A stretch of 64,000 nt of DNA from assembly GCA_015488885.1 (NCBI GenBank), contig WFMW01000012.1, positions 38,354 to 102,353 on the forward strand, written 5' to 3'. Below are positions 1 through 10,696 of the stretch, one piece after another. The translations under genes were made by a program, and so were the position numbers. Below the pieces are notes generated by a model. It saw only the letters and a list, made by a program, of their open reading frames with translations, was not told the DNA's origin and ran no database searches. Every line of letters starts with the position of its first letter. Positions within the stretch are counted from its first letter, which is position 1. The stretch comes from Gammaproteobacteria bacterium (GTDB lineage Bacteria; Pseudomonadota; Gammaproteobacteria; SZUA-229).

Positions 1-1773
1 ACCCTTGATGATAGTAACGCCCCGCATTACCAGTGGTTCAATGACGGCACCATGAATGTCAGTTACAACTGTATCGACCGCCACCTTGCCACACAGGCGG
101 CTAAAACAGCGATTATTTTTGAAGGTGAAAACGGTGATACCCGACATATCAGCTACCAGCAGTTACATGATGAAGTCTGTGCATTTGCCAATGCGCTTAA
201 AGCTCAGGGCATAAAAAAGGGCGACAGGGTGGTTATCTATATGCCCATGGTTGCCGAAGCGGTGATTGCGATGCAGGCCTGCGCACGTATCGGTGCTATT
301 CATTCTGTGGTCTTTGGCGGCTTTTCTGCCGAATCATTACGCGACCGCATTGAAGATGCCGGCGCTGTTATGTTAATTACAGCCGATGGCGGTACCCGTG
401 GCGGTAAAATTGTCGAACTGAAACAGGCGGCTGACAAGGCACTAAGCAAAGGTTGCAGCAGTATTCAACATGTTATCGTTCTCAAACGTAGCGGCCATGA
501 TATTGCCATGCAGGCCGGGCGAGACATCTGGTGGCATGATGCCATCGCCGATCAGCCATCCAGCTGTGAACCTGAGTGGGTCAATGCCGAGCACCCGCTG
601 TTTCTGCTTTATACTTCGGGCTCCACAGGCAAACCCAAAGGCATTCAACATGCCAGCGCCGGTTATTTGCTCAATGCCATGACCACCAATTTATGGGTAT
701 TCGATTTACAGGATAATGACATTTTCTGGTGTACTGCCGATGTCGGCTGGATCACCGGCCATACCTATGTTGCCTATGGCCCGCTGGCAGCCGGGGCAAC
801 CGTGGTGATGTACGAAGGCTCACCAATGGTTCCTGATGGTGGTCGCTTCTGGAAAATGTGTGAACAGCATAAAGTCAGCATTTTCTATACGGCCCCCACG
901 GCAATTCGTGCGCTGATGAAACTGGGCGATGATCTACCTGCCGCGTATGACCTGTCCAGCCTGCGCCTGCTTGGCACTGTAGGCGAACCCATCAACCCGG
1001 AAGCGTGGATGTGGTATCACCGGGTTATCGGCAGGCAACGCTGCCCGATTGTCGATACATGGTGGCAAACCGAAACCGGTGCCATCGTTATTTCCCCTGT
1101 TCCCGGCGTAACTGCTACCAAACCCGGCTCCTGTACCCTGCCCCTGCCGGGCATGGATGTTGCCGTGGTTAATGAAGCCGGTGACCCCATTACCAGAGCA
1201 AATACCGGTGGTTATCTGGTAATTAAAAAACCCTGGCCATCTATGGTTAGAACAGTATGGAATGACAACCAGCGTTATATCGATACCTACTATGCAAAAT
1301 TTGGCGGTAAATATTACCTTGCCGGTGACAGCGCCCGCTGTGATGAAGACGGTTATTTCTGGATTATGGGGCGCATTGACGATGTCCTGAATGTATCCGG
1401 CCACCGGCTTGGCACCATGGAAGTAGAATCGGCACTGGTTGCCAATGATGCTGTCGTGGAAGCTGCCGTTGTCGGTAGACCGGATGAACTGAAAGGTGAA
1501 GCCATTGTTGCCTTTGTCATCTGTAAAGGTGAGCGCCCTGCTGGTGAAGCAGCCAGCGCCATGGTACAGGCACTGCGTAACTGGGTCGGTGAACAAATCG
1601 GTGCCATTGCCAAACCTGATGAAATCCGTTTTGCCGATGGTCTGCCAAAAACCCGCTCCGGTAAAATTATGCGGCGTCTACTGCGGGATATTGCCGCCAA
1701 TAAAGCCATTACCTCCGACACGTCAACCCTTGAAAATGAACACGTTGTGGCGCAATTACAGGGCAAGGTCTGA
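1..1773 (+). CDS. acs: acetyl-CoA synthetase (5' end outside window)
   Basis: Frame is open from base 1 ([16 protein letters not shown]...). Motifs [20 protein letters not shown] and [14 protein letters not shown]. Confidence 0.96.
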   Translation, partial: TLDDSNAPHYQWFNDGTMNVSYNCIDRHLATQAAKTAIIFEGENGDTRHISYQQLHDEVCAFANALKAQGIKKGDRVVIYMPMVAEAVIAMQACARIGAIHSVVFGGFSAESLRDRIEDAGAVMLITADGGTRGGKIVELKQAADKALSKGCSSIQHVIVLKRSGHDIAMQAGRDIWWHDAIADQPSSCEPEWVNAEHPLFLLYTSGSTGKPKGIQHASAGYLLNAMTTNLWVFDLQDNDIFWCTADVGWITGHTYVAYGPLAAGATVVMYEGSPMVPDGGRFWKMCEQHKVSIFYTAPTAIRALMKLGDDLPAAYDLSSLRLLGTVGEPINPEAWMWYHRVIGRQRCPIVDTWWQTETGAIVISPVPGVTATKPGSCTLPLPGMDVAVVNEAGDPITRANTGGYLVIKKPWPSMVRTVWNDNQRYIDTYYAKFGGKYYLAGDSARCDEDGYFWIMGRIDDVLNVSGHRLGTMEVESALVANDAVVEAAVVGRPDELKGEAIVAFVICKGERPAGEAASAMVQALRNWVGEQIGAIAKPDEIRFADGLPKTRSGKIMRRLLRDIAANKAITSDTSTLENEHVVAQLQGKV

Positions 1774-1829
1774 CTTTAACCTGAATCCGCAGGTTTAATC
1801 CACTCACTATAATCCAACAGGAAACATTT

Positions 1830-2327
1830 ATGACTACAGTTACTTTCGATACCTCCCACGGTAATATAACCATTGAACTTGATGCAGACAAAGCCCCGGC
1901 AACCGTGGAAAACTTTCTGAATTATGTCAATGATGGTTTTTTTGATGGCACGATCTTTCATCGCGTTATCCCCAACTTTATGATTCAGGGCGGTGGCTTT
2001 ATGCCCGGCATGGTACAGAAACAGACCAGTGATCCAGTAAAAAATGAAGCCGATAACGGCCTCTCCAATGAACGCGGTACCATTGCCATGGCCAGAACCA
2101 ATGACCCGCATTCTGCTACCGCACAGTTTTTTATTAACCATAAAGACAACGCTTTTCTCGACCATAGCGCACCGACCGCCCAGGGCTGGGGTTACTGTGT
2201 GTTTGGTAAAGTCACCGATGGTATGGAAGTGGTGGATGCGATTGCAGCTGTTAGCACCGGCAACAATCAGGGACATGGTGATGTACCGCTGGAAGACGTG
2301 GTGATTAATAACGCCAAAGTTGGCTAA
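1830..2327 (+). CDS. ppiB: cyclophilin-type peptidyl-prolyl cis-trans isomerase B
   Basis: [36 protein letters not shown]. Directly upstream of lpxH as usual. Confidence 0.95.
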   Translation: MTTVTFDTSHGNITIELDADKAPATVENFLNYVNDGFFDGTIFHRVIPNFMIQGGGFMPGMVQKQTSDPVKNEADNGLSNERGTIAMARTNDPHSATAQFFINHKDNAFLDHSAPTAQGWGYCVFGKVTDGMEVVDAIAAVSTGNNQGHGDVPLEDVVINNAKVG

Positions 2328-2356
2328 AGGATGGGCTGATATATCACAGATAAGAT

Positions 2357-2464
2357 AAATAACGGCTATAGCTTGTTTCAGGACCGTCAGCCGCAGGGAT
2401 GCGGGTATCGAGCTTACATGGAAATAGTTACAGCGTGTCCTGAAATAAGCTATAGCCATTATTT
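2357..2464. repeat. palindromic intergenic element, copy 1 (28-bp arms, internal GGA-loop hairpins)
   Basis: 2357-2384 AAATAACGGCTATAGCTTGTTTCAGGAC pairs with 2437-2464 (2 mismatches). The core is homologous to 9799-9859. Confidence 0.85.
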
Positions 2465-2503
2465 GCCAGCAATTGTTAACAAACCATTTATAACCCGGCA
2501 ACT

Positions 2504-3244
2504 ATGACTGATACACTGTTTATTTCCGACCTGCATCTTGCACCTGAACGCCCACAGATCATGCAGCTGTTTATCGACTTTACCCGGCAGATTGCCGCCT
2601 CGGCAAACAGCCTGTATATACTCGGTGATTTCCTTGAAGTCTGGTGGGGCGATGATGACCCGGCAACCGCCTGTCAGCCGGTATTTGATGCCATTGCTGA
2701 ACTGGTTGACAAACACCACACCCCGGTTTATCTAATGCATGGTAATCGCGATTTTATGATTGGCCAGGCACTGGCCGAACGTTGCCATTTTGAACTTATT
2801 AATGACCCCTGTAAAATGACGATTGCCGGTCAAAAAACCCTGTTGATTCATGGCGACAGTTTATGCACTGATGATATTGCCTACCAGAAATTCCGTCAGA
2901 TGGTAAGGAACCCGCTATGGCAACAACAGGCGCTCAGCAAAACACTGGAAGAACGTTATGCCATGGCACACTCTATTCGTGAACAGAGCAAATCCAGTAA
3001 CGCGCTAAAAGCCGAGGAGATTATGGATGTTAATGAGGCGGCAACCCGGCAGCTTTTTATCGATCAAAACATCAGCCTGCTGATTCATGGCCATACCCAC
3101 CGCCCGGCCATTCATCAGCTGAATATCAATAACAAACCGGTACAGCGCATTGTACTGGGTGACTGGTACAAGCAGGGAAATTATTGCCGCATCAGCCCGG
3201 ATAAGCCTGCTGAAATAATAGCTTACCCGACAGACGCCTTATAG
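2504..3244 (+). CDS. lpxH: UDP-2,3-diacylglucosamine hydrolase
   Basis: Metallophosphoesterase motifs SDLHL, LGDF, HGNRDF, HGD and HGHTHRP. ppiB-lpxH synteny. Confidence 0.95.
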   Translation: MTDTLFISDLHLAPERPQIMQLFIDFTRQIAASANSLYILGDFLEVWWGDDDPATACQPVFDAIAELVDKHHTPVYLMHGNRDFMIGQALAERCHFELINDPCKMTIAGQKTLLIHGDSLCTDDIAYQKFRQMVRNPLWQQQALSKTLEERYAMAHSIREQSKSSNALKAEEIMDVNEAATRQLFIDQNISLLIHGHTHRPAIHQLNINNKPVQRIVLGDWYKQGNYCRISPDKPAEIIAYPTDAL

Positions 3245-3283
3245 AAAGATAACCACTCAGTCCAGGCCATTTTCTTCCCGGAT

Positions 3284-3820
3284 TTATTTTCTTCCCCGGT
3301 TTATTTTCATGGATAACAAGCTGCCAAGACTAACCAGCAAACTCCCTGCAAACAAAGCTAACGACAGCACCATCAACGCCTCGGCCATGGTAATACCAAA
3401 CGCCAGCACTGGCGTATAACCGCATGATGTTTCCACCCCGAACAGCCAGGGAAACCATTTATCCAGCGCCAGCCAGGCGGGTAGCCCAAGACTGAAACCA
3501 CAGTCAGAAATAATAAACCCGCGTTCTGTTCCCAATAACTGATAGGAACGGTCAACCAGCCCGATCGCGATCAACACAACAAAAAACTGCATCAGCAGAT
3601 TGGGTATTTTTATTTGTCGCGTCAGCAAACCGACCACACATACAATAATTAGCAAGGCTATCCACATACGCACCTGTATGCACATAATACATGGCAGCTC
3701 ATGACGCTGATACTGAAAATACAGGGCAATAGCCAGTGAAGCCAGGCCACTGAGAATATAAAACCACCAGTACCATGGGCTATGGGCAATACGATCAAGT
3801 TTTTTAAGTATTGAATTCAT
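3284..3820 (-). CDS. dsbB: disulfide bond formation protein B family
   Basis: About 4 hydrophobic helices, PCIMCIQVR motif and a second Cys pair in the periplasmic loop. Confidence 0.85.
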   Translation of the reverse strand: MNSILKKLDRIAHSPWYWWFYILSGLASLAIALYFQYQRHELPCIMCIQVRMWIALLIIVCVVGLLTRQIKIPNLLMQFFVVLIAIGLVDRSYQLLGTERGFIISDCGFSLGLPAWLALDKWFPWLFGVETSCGYTPVLAFGITMAEALMVLSLALFAGSLLVSLGSLLSMKINRGRK

Positions 3821-3850
3821 TATTAAAATACATTAGATTCTAAATTAATC

Positions 3851-3862
3851 GTAACTACTCAG
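3851..3862. mobile_element. orphan terminal repeat GTAACTACTCAG of the MITE family seen at 4995 and 37738
   Basis: 12-mer matches the ends of the elements at 4995-5147 and 37738-37760. No partner with a matching TSD. Confidence 0.45.
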
Positions 3863-3911
3863 CAAATAGTCATATAATAAAAATAATCATCATTGCACGG
3901 AGTATATACAA

Positions 3912-4985
3912 ATGAAAGAAAATAATCTGTTTGCCGAGATCAAACTGGGAACATTAACACTCAAAAATCGCATCGTCATGGCACCGATGACAAGAAACCG
4001 GGCTGGTGAAGGCAATGTGCCACAGGCAATGAATATTGAATATTACCATCAACGTGCCAGTGCGGGGCTGATTATTACCGAGGCCTCACAGGTATCACCC
4101 GAAGCGGTCGGTTACCCCGGTACGCCCGGCATCTACAATCTACAACAGGTTACAGGCTGGCGCAAAATAACCGATGCAGTACACAGTGAAAATGGCCATA
4201 TTTTTCTACAATTATGGTTTTGTGGGCGCATTTCACACCCGGATTTATTACCTGATCATCAACAACCGGCTGCCCCCTCGGCAATAAAACCCGAGGGTGA
4301 AGCGATTACCTTTGAAGGAATGAAAGCCTTTGTACAACCTCGCGCTCTGGAAGCCGATGAAATCAAGGCCATTATCGGCCAATATCAGCACGCGGCAGCA
4401 ATGGCAAAACAGGCCGGTTTCGATGGCGTGGAAATCCATGCTGCCAATGGTTATTTAATTGACCAGTTTCTGCGCGATGGCAGTAACCGGCGTAATGACC
4501 TCTATGGTGGCAACCGGGAAAACCGGATGCGTTTTTTAAACGCCGTGATAGATGCAGTATTAACCGTCTGGGACAGCCATTATGTCGGCGTTCGACTCAG
4601 CCCCGAAAACACTTTTAACAGCATGTCCGATAGCAACCCGCAAGCACATTTTGGGTTTTTTATTAACCAGCTCAATGCCCGTAAGCTGGCCTATATTCAC
4701 CTGCTTGAAGGTGACATGGTGAAGGGACAAAGCCAGCTTGATTATCGTAGCCTGCGGAACGCTTATCAGGGAATTTATATCGCCAATAATGGTTACGACA
4801 AAAGTCGCGCGCAAACCGCCATTGAACAGGGTGACTGTGATCTGGTTGCCTTTGGGCGCCCCTATATTGCCAACCCTGATCTGGTTACGCGCTACCGGCA
4901 TAATCTGCCCTTAAACACCCCGGATCCAGCAACATTTTATGGTGGCGATGAAACCGGCTATACTGATTACCCTGCTGCCGACTAA
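3912..4985 (+). CDS. nemA: Old Yellow Enzyme family alkene reductase (NemA/XenB-like)
   Basis: NRIVMAPMTR, EIHAANGYLIDQFL, FGRPYIANPDL, GYTDYP. Confidence 0.92.
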   Translation: MKENNLFAEIKLGTLTLKNRIVMAPMTRNRAGEGNVPQAMNIEYYHQRASAGLIITEASQVSPEAVGYPGTPGIYNLQQVTGWRKITDAVHSENGHIFLQLWFCGRISHPDLLPDHQQPAAPSAIKPEGEAITFEGMKAFVQPRALEADEIKAIIGQYQHAAAMAKQAGFDGVEIHAANGYLIDQFLRDGSNRRNDLYGGNRENRMRFLNAVIDAVLTVWDSHYVGVRLSPENTFNSMSDSNPQAHFGFFINQLNARKLAYIHLLEGDMVKGQSQLDYRSLRNAYQGIYIANNGYDKSRAQTAIEQGDCDLVAFGRPYIANPDLVTRYRHNLPLNTPDPATFYGGDETGYTDYPAAD

Positions 4986-4994
4986 ATTATTTTT

Positions 4995-5147
4995 GTAACT
5001 ACCCAGCTAACCGCTGAAATGAGCCAGCTCAGCGTTAAAAAAATGGACATTTACACATGTAAACTCACATTTTTCACCTTAATCTGACTCATTTCAGCGG
5101 CAATCTGAGCAGTTACTGTTACATTTGACTACTCACTGAGTGGTTAC
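4995..5147. mobile_element. composite MITE with GTAACT...GTTAC ends and 8-bp TSD
   Basis: Left end GTAACTACCCAG, internal right end CTGAGCAGTTAC (5105-5116), outer right end CTGAGTGGTTAC. Flanked by TTATTTTT at 4987-4994 and 5148-5155. Internal 17-bp IR 5011-5027/5084-5100. Confidence 0.8.
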
Positions 5148-5322
5148 TTATTTTTTAAATAGTCGTCAAATTCATCTTAATTAAAATAAACACTATACTT
5201 ACCCATAAATAAAACGGTGTATTTGAAACAGTGCATTGCTAATAATCCTGAGTTTTGCACAGTGACCGGTTGCAGTGATAAACCATACTCCCTGTTTTGA
5301 TAACAATTTTGAGGACAATTTT

Positions 5323-6345
5323 GTGACTAAAGTTTTAATTACCGGCGGTGCCGGCTATATCGGCTCCCATACCTGTATTGAATTTCTCCAGGCGGGTAGA
5401 CAGATACTGGTACTGGATAATTTATGTAATGCCAGTAAGGAATCATTAAATCGGGTAGAAACCATCACCGGCAAAGCGGTTGAATTTATTGAAGGAGACA
5501 TGCGTGACCGGGCATTACTGAAAACCCTTTTTAAACAACATGATATTAGTTCGGTGATACATTTTGCCGGTTTGAAAGCTGTTGGTGAATCGGTTTCCAT
5601 ACCGCTGATTTATTACGATAATAATATTAACGGCAGCCTGATTCTGTTTGAAGAAATGGCAGCCGCCGGGGTTAAAAACATTGTCTTCAGCTCATCGGCA
5701 ACCGTTTATGGTGACCCGCATACGGTTCCCATTCAAGAAGACTTTCCGCTGTCCGCCACCAACCCCTATGGGCGCTCAAAACTGATTATCGAAGAAGTAT
5801 TGCGTGATGTATTCGTTGCCGACAAACAGTGGAAAATTGCCCTGCTACGCTATTTCAACCCGGTTGGTGCCCATGCCAGTGGTTTAATTGGTGAAGACCC
5901 CAATGATATACCTAATAATCTGATGCCGTTTATTTCCCAGACTGCTGTTGGTATCCGCGAAAAACTCAATATATTTGGCGGTGATTATGACACCCCGGAC
6001 GGCACCGGTGTACGCGATTATATTCATGTTGTTGACCTTGCCAGAGGCCATTTAAAAGCCATCGAAGCACTGGAAGCAAATACCGAAGGCCATATACTTA
6101 CCGTTAATCTTGGCACCGGCCAGGGTTACTCGGTGCTGGATATGGTCAAAGCCTTTGAAAAAGCTTCGGGCAAAAAAGTAAACTATGAAATTATCGAGCG
6201 TCGCCCCGGTGATATTGCCATGTGTTTTGCGGATCCGGCCTTAGCCAGAGAACTATTAGGCTGGCAGGCAGAATTTGGTGTCGAACGCATGTGTGAAGAC
6301 GCCTGGCGCTGGCAGTCACAGAACCCACATGGTTATAAAAAATAG
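5323..6345 (+). CDS. galE: UDP-glucose 4-epimerase (GTG start after GAGGA)
   Basis: [41 protein letters not shown]. Confidence 0.96.
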   Translation: MTKVLITGGAGYIGSHTCIEFLQAGRQILVLDNLCNASKESLNRVETITGKAVEFIEGDMRDRALLKTLFKQHDISSVIHFAGLKAVGESVSIPLIYYDNNINGSLILFEEMAAAGVKNIVFSSSATVYGDPHTVPIQEDFPLSATNPYGRSKLIIEEVLRDVFVADKQWKIALLRYFNPVGAHASGLIGEDPNDIPNNLMPFISQTAVGIREKLNIFGGDYDTPDGTGVRDYIHVVDLARGHLKAIEALEANTEGHILTVNLGTGQGYSVLDMVKAFEKASGKKVNYEIIERRPGDIAMCFADPALARELLGWQAEFGVERMCEDAWRWQSQNPHGYKK

Positions 6346-6396
6346 CGGCTCTATTTCAGTGCTTCTCATTTCAGTGCTTCCTTATATATCTGTTTC

Positions 6397-6439
6397 TTGA
6401 TCTGTATCAATTGATTTTATATTTTAAAGTCATTACTCT
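6397..6439 (+). promoter_or_regulatory. FNR/Anr-type box with class II -10 element
   Basis: Perfect TTGAT-CTGT-ATCAA at 6397-6410. TACTCT at 6434-6439, about 30 bp from the box centre. Confidence 0.7.
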
Positions 6440-6505
6440 GTTTTGATTTAAAAAAAGTGATTTAAGAAAAAAACTAACTTCAGAAATTCAGAAACAGATT
6501 TTATT

Positions 6506-6790
6506 ATGAGAGATAACAGTAATAAGATGCTGATATTGCTTCAGCATATCCCGTTGGACATGACCCGTGATGATATTGCTGACTTAACTGACCATATAAA
6601 AATTGTTACCGGTATTAAACTGATTAACAATAATACAAATACTATGTTAAATTACGCATGGATTGAGTTAACCTGCAATAATTGTACACAGGCAGGATTA
6701 AATGCAATCTGCGATGTATTAAATCATCGCTATTTTCACCATAGTAAAATACAGGCCTACCCGGTATTATTTTCTCATCAAAATATTTAA
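6506..6790 (+). CDS. small RNA-recognition-motif (RRM)-like protein
   Basis: RNP2-like ILLQHIPLDMTRDDI, RNP1-like NYAWIEL, helix 2/beta 4-like AICDVLNHRYFHHSKIQAY. Confidence 0.65.
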   Translation: MRDNSNKMLILLQHIPLDMTRDDIADLTDHIKIVTGIKLINNNTNTMLNYAWIELTCNNCTQAGLNAICDVLNHRYFHHSKIQAYPVLFSHQNI

Positions 6791-6921
6791 GGAAGCTATG
6801 AACAAATCGTGAATATATATCTTGCGTCCAGAATTCTCCATAGCTATGTTACCAAGCAATTGAAATAGAATAACTATTCCAGTTACTTATCATTAACATA
6901 AAAGATTTTATCAGCACCTCT
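6791..6921. mobile_element. decayed IS5-like MITE
   Basis: TTAA followed by GGAAGCTATGAACAAATC resembles the IS5 end GGAAGGTGCGAAYAAG. Internal GAAATAG-AATAA-CTATTCC hairpin. Degenerate right end GATTTTATCAGCACCTCT. Confidence 0.4.
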
Positions 6922-7053
6922 CTGGATTTTACCGGCAAAAAAGGCGACAATACTCACTCTGTTAATTAACCTGTTCCACACCAGAATATCGTACAACATC
7001 AGTGTGACAGGACAGAGATATTTACCTAAGTAATTTAAGAACGGATAACTATT

Positions 7054-9134
<2,081 letters not shown>

Positions 9135-9719
9135 TTATTTGTCTGATTGCTGTTCAGCATCCAGATAAGCATGATAACTTTTAAATAAAGCCGGGATCTG
9201 TGATAAGGTCGGTGCACCGTCCATCAGTAATACCAGCGGTATAATTTCAAATACCTGTTCAATGCTTATACCAATTGCCAGACCATCATGCAGATGCAAA
9301 TCAATCTGTGCGCGATCCTGCTTGATAACCGATATAGCCAGGGCAATCATTTCCCGCAGACGATGTTTTTCGATTTTTTTCGAATAACTGAATTTCTTCC
9401 AGCTTTTTACCCAGTCATCCCATAAAATACTGTCAGCTGCAGGCGCGGCAAACATAAATAACACAGCATTATTGACCTGACTTTTGTTTTTCTCATCCGC
9501 ACCCAGTTTTACTGCATCTCTGGTGTGAATATCAATGCAGCGATGACAGTCCTTATACAGGGCCATGCCCAGCGTTATCAGTTCTTTCTGCAGGCGTGTT
9601 AACTGGCCTTTTCTGGTACTTTCCTGCGACAGCTCACCAAGAATTTCGAAATATTCCTGAAACCCGTACTGGCTGGCTTCACGAAAATATTGCGGATAAT
9701 TAATATTTTTTTCTGACAT
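9135..9719 (-). CDS. carboxymuconolactone decarboxylase / AhpD-like protein with two CMD repeats
   Basis: KELITLGMALYKDCHRCIDIH (E...CxxCxxxH). The second repeat REMIALAISVIKQDRAQIDLH lacks the Cys pair. Confidence 0.75.
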   Translation of the reverse strand: MSEKNINYPQYFREASQYGFQEYFEILGELSQESTRKGQLTRLQKELITLGMALYKDCHRCIDIHTRDAVKLGADEKNKSQVNNAVLFMFAAPAADSILWDDWVKSWKKFSYSKKIEKHRLREMIALAISVIKQDRAQIDLHLHDGLAIGISIEQVFEIIPLVLLMDGAPTLSQIPALFKSYHAYLDAEQQSDK

Positions 9720-9775
9720 AAAGACCCTGCTATAGTTGGATAAATAATCATTGCTGTCCAGTTATCAATATAGAT

Positions 9776-9881
9776 ACATGGAACGGTAATCTTTTTCAGG
9801 ACCATTACGCCGCATGGATGCGGCATACGAGTGTACATGGATGTATTCACAACGTGTCATGAAAAAGATTCCCGTTTCATG
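9776..9881. repeat. palindromic intergenic element, copy 2
   Basis: ACATGGAACGGTAATCTTTTTCAGGAC (9776-9802) pairs with 9856-9882 (3 mismatches). Core is 45/61 identical to copy 1 by manual alignment. Confidence 0.85.
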
Positions 9882-10017
9882 TCTCGGATTACGTTAACAA
9901 ATTAATGACAAAACAACCATATAAATATTTCCGCGATAACTTTAACGGGACAGCAATAATAGCTAATAATCAAGCATCAAGTTTAACAGTCAACAATATT
10001 TATTTAATTGACAATTC

Positions 10018-10692
10018 TCAACCCGCAGCCTTTTTATCCACAAACCAGTGTTTTTCACCCACCAGATTAATCGGCAACAAGTCACCTGAACGAATTTTAT
10101 TTAACGCCGCCGTTTTATTTTTTCCCGTTGCCAGTACCACCCGCAAACGGGCACTGGCAAGGGTTGATAAACCTAATGATACGCGTTCAGCAGGCGGTTT
10201 GGGCGCATTAAACACCGGCACCACCTTGCGTTTATCCTGCAGCGCCGGATTTCCAGGAAATAAACTGGCGGTATGGCCATCCTCCCCCATGCCCAGTAAA
10301 ACCAGATCAAAATGATCAAACGCTGCCAGCCGCATGGCATAATCGGCGGCTGCCTGTTGCGCACCGAACTGAGCTTCAATCGGGTAGAATTTTCCTGCAC
10401 CAACCTGCTGCGTTGAGAATAACTGCTGCCGAATCATTGTGTCATTACGTTGCGGGTCACCAACGGGTAAACAACGTTCGTCCCCCATATACCAGATCAG
10501 CCGTGACCAGGGTAAATCACGCCGGGAAAGTTGCTGTAAACAAAGTGCCGGGGTATTGCCTCCCGGTAGGGCAATACGACAGTATGACTGGTGCTGAATA
10601 CAACGATTAATACTGTCCTGAATAAAATCAGCAGCAGCTATCGCCAGCTGTTCTGCAGTAGCAAAAACATGAAAGTTTTGCAGTGCTTTCAT
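10018..10692 (-). CDS. pgl: 6-phosphogluconolactonase (DevB type)
   Basis: ALPGGNTP, GDERCLP, LLGMGEDGHTASLFP. Downstream of zwf. ATG at 10692 avoids overlap with zwf. Confidence 0.93.
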   Translation of the reverse strand: MKALQNFHVFATAEQLAIAAADFIQDSINRCIQHQSYCRIALPGGNTPALCLQQLSRRDLPWSRLIWYMGDERCLPVGDPQRNDTMIRQQLFSTQQVGAGKFYPIEAQFGAQQAAADYAMRLAAFDHFDLVLLGMGEDGHTASLFPGNPALQDKRKVVPVFNAPKPPAERVSLGLSTLASARLRVVLATGKNKTAALNKIRSGDLLPINLVGEKHWFVDKKAAG

Positions 10693-10696
10693 ATTC

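Noticed and set aside
1776..2501. 241-aa antisense ORF over ppiB, and similar antisense or overlapping ORFs throughout (e.g. 934-1596, 9905-10315, 39331-39882, 46479-47036)
   Set aside because: They overlap well-conserved genes and have no recognisable motifs, so they are treated as shadow ORFs.
3878..3897. Possible Fur box (AATAATCATCATT) between dsbB and nemA
   Set aside because: Only a partial match in a very AT-rich spacer, so not distinguishable from chance.
3851..5147. nemA as cargo of a composite transposon bounded by GTAACTACTCAG (3851) and CTGAGTGGTTAC (5147)
   Set aside because: The flanks do not match (AATTAATC versus TTATTTTT or TGTTACAT). The TSD instead pairs 4995 with 5147.
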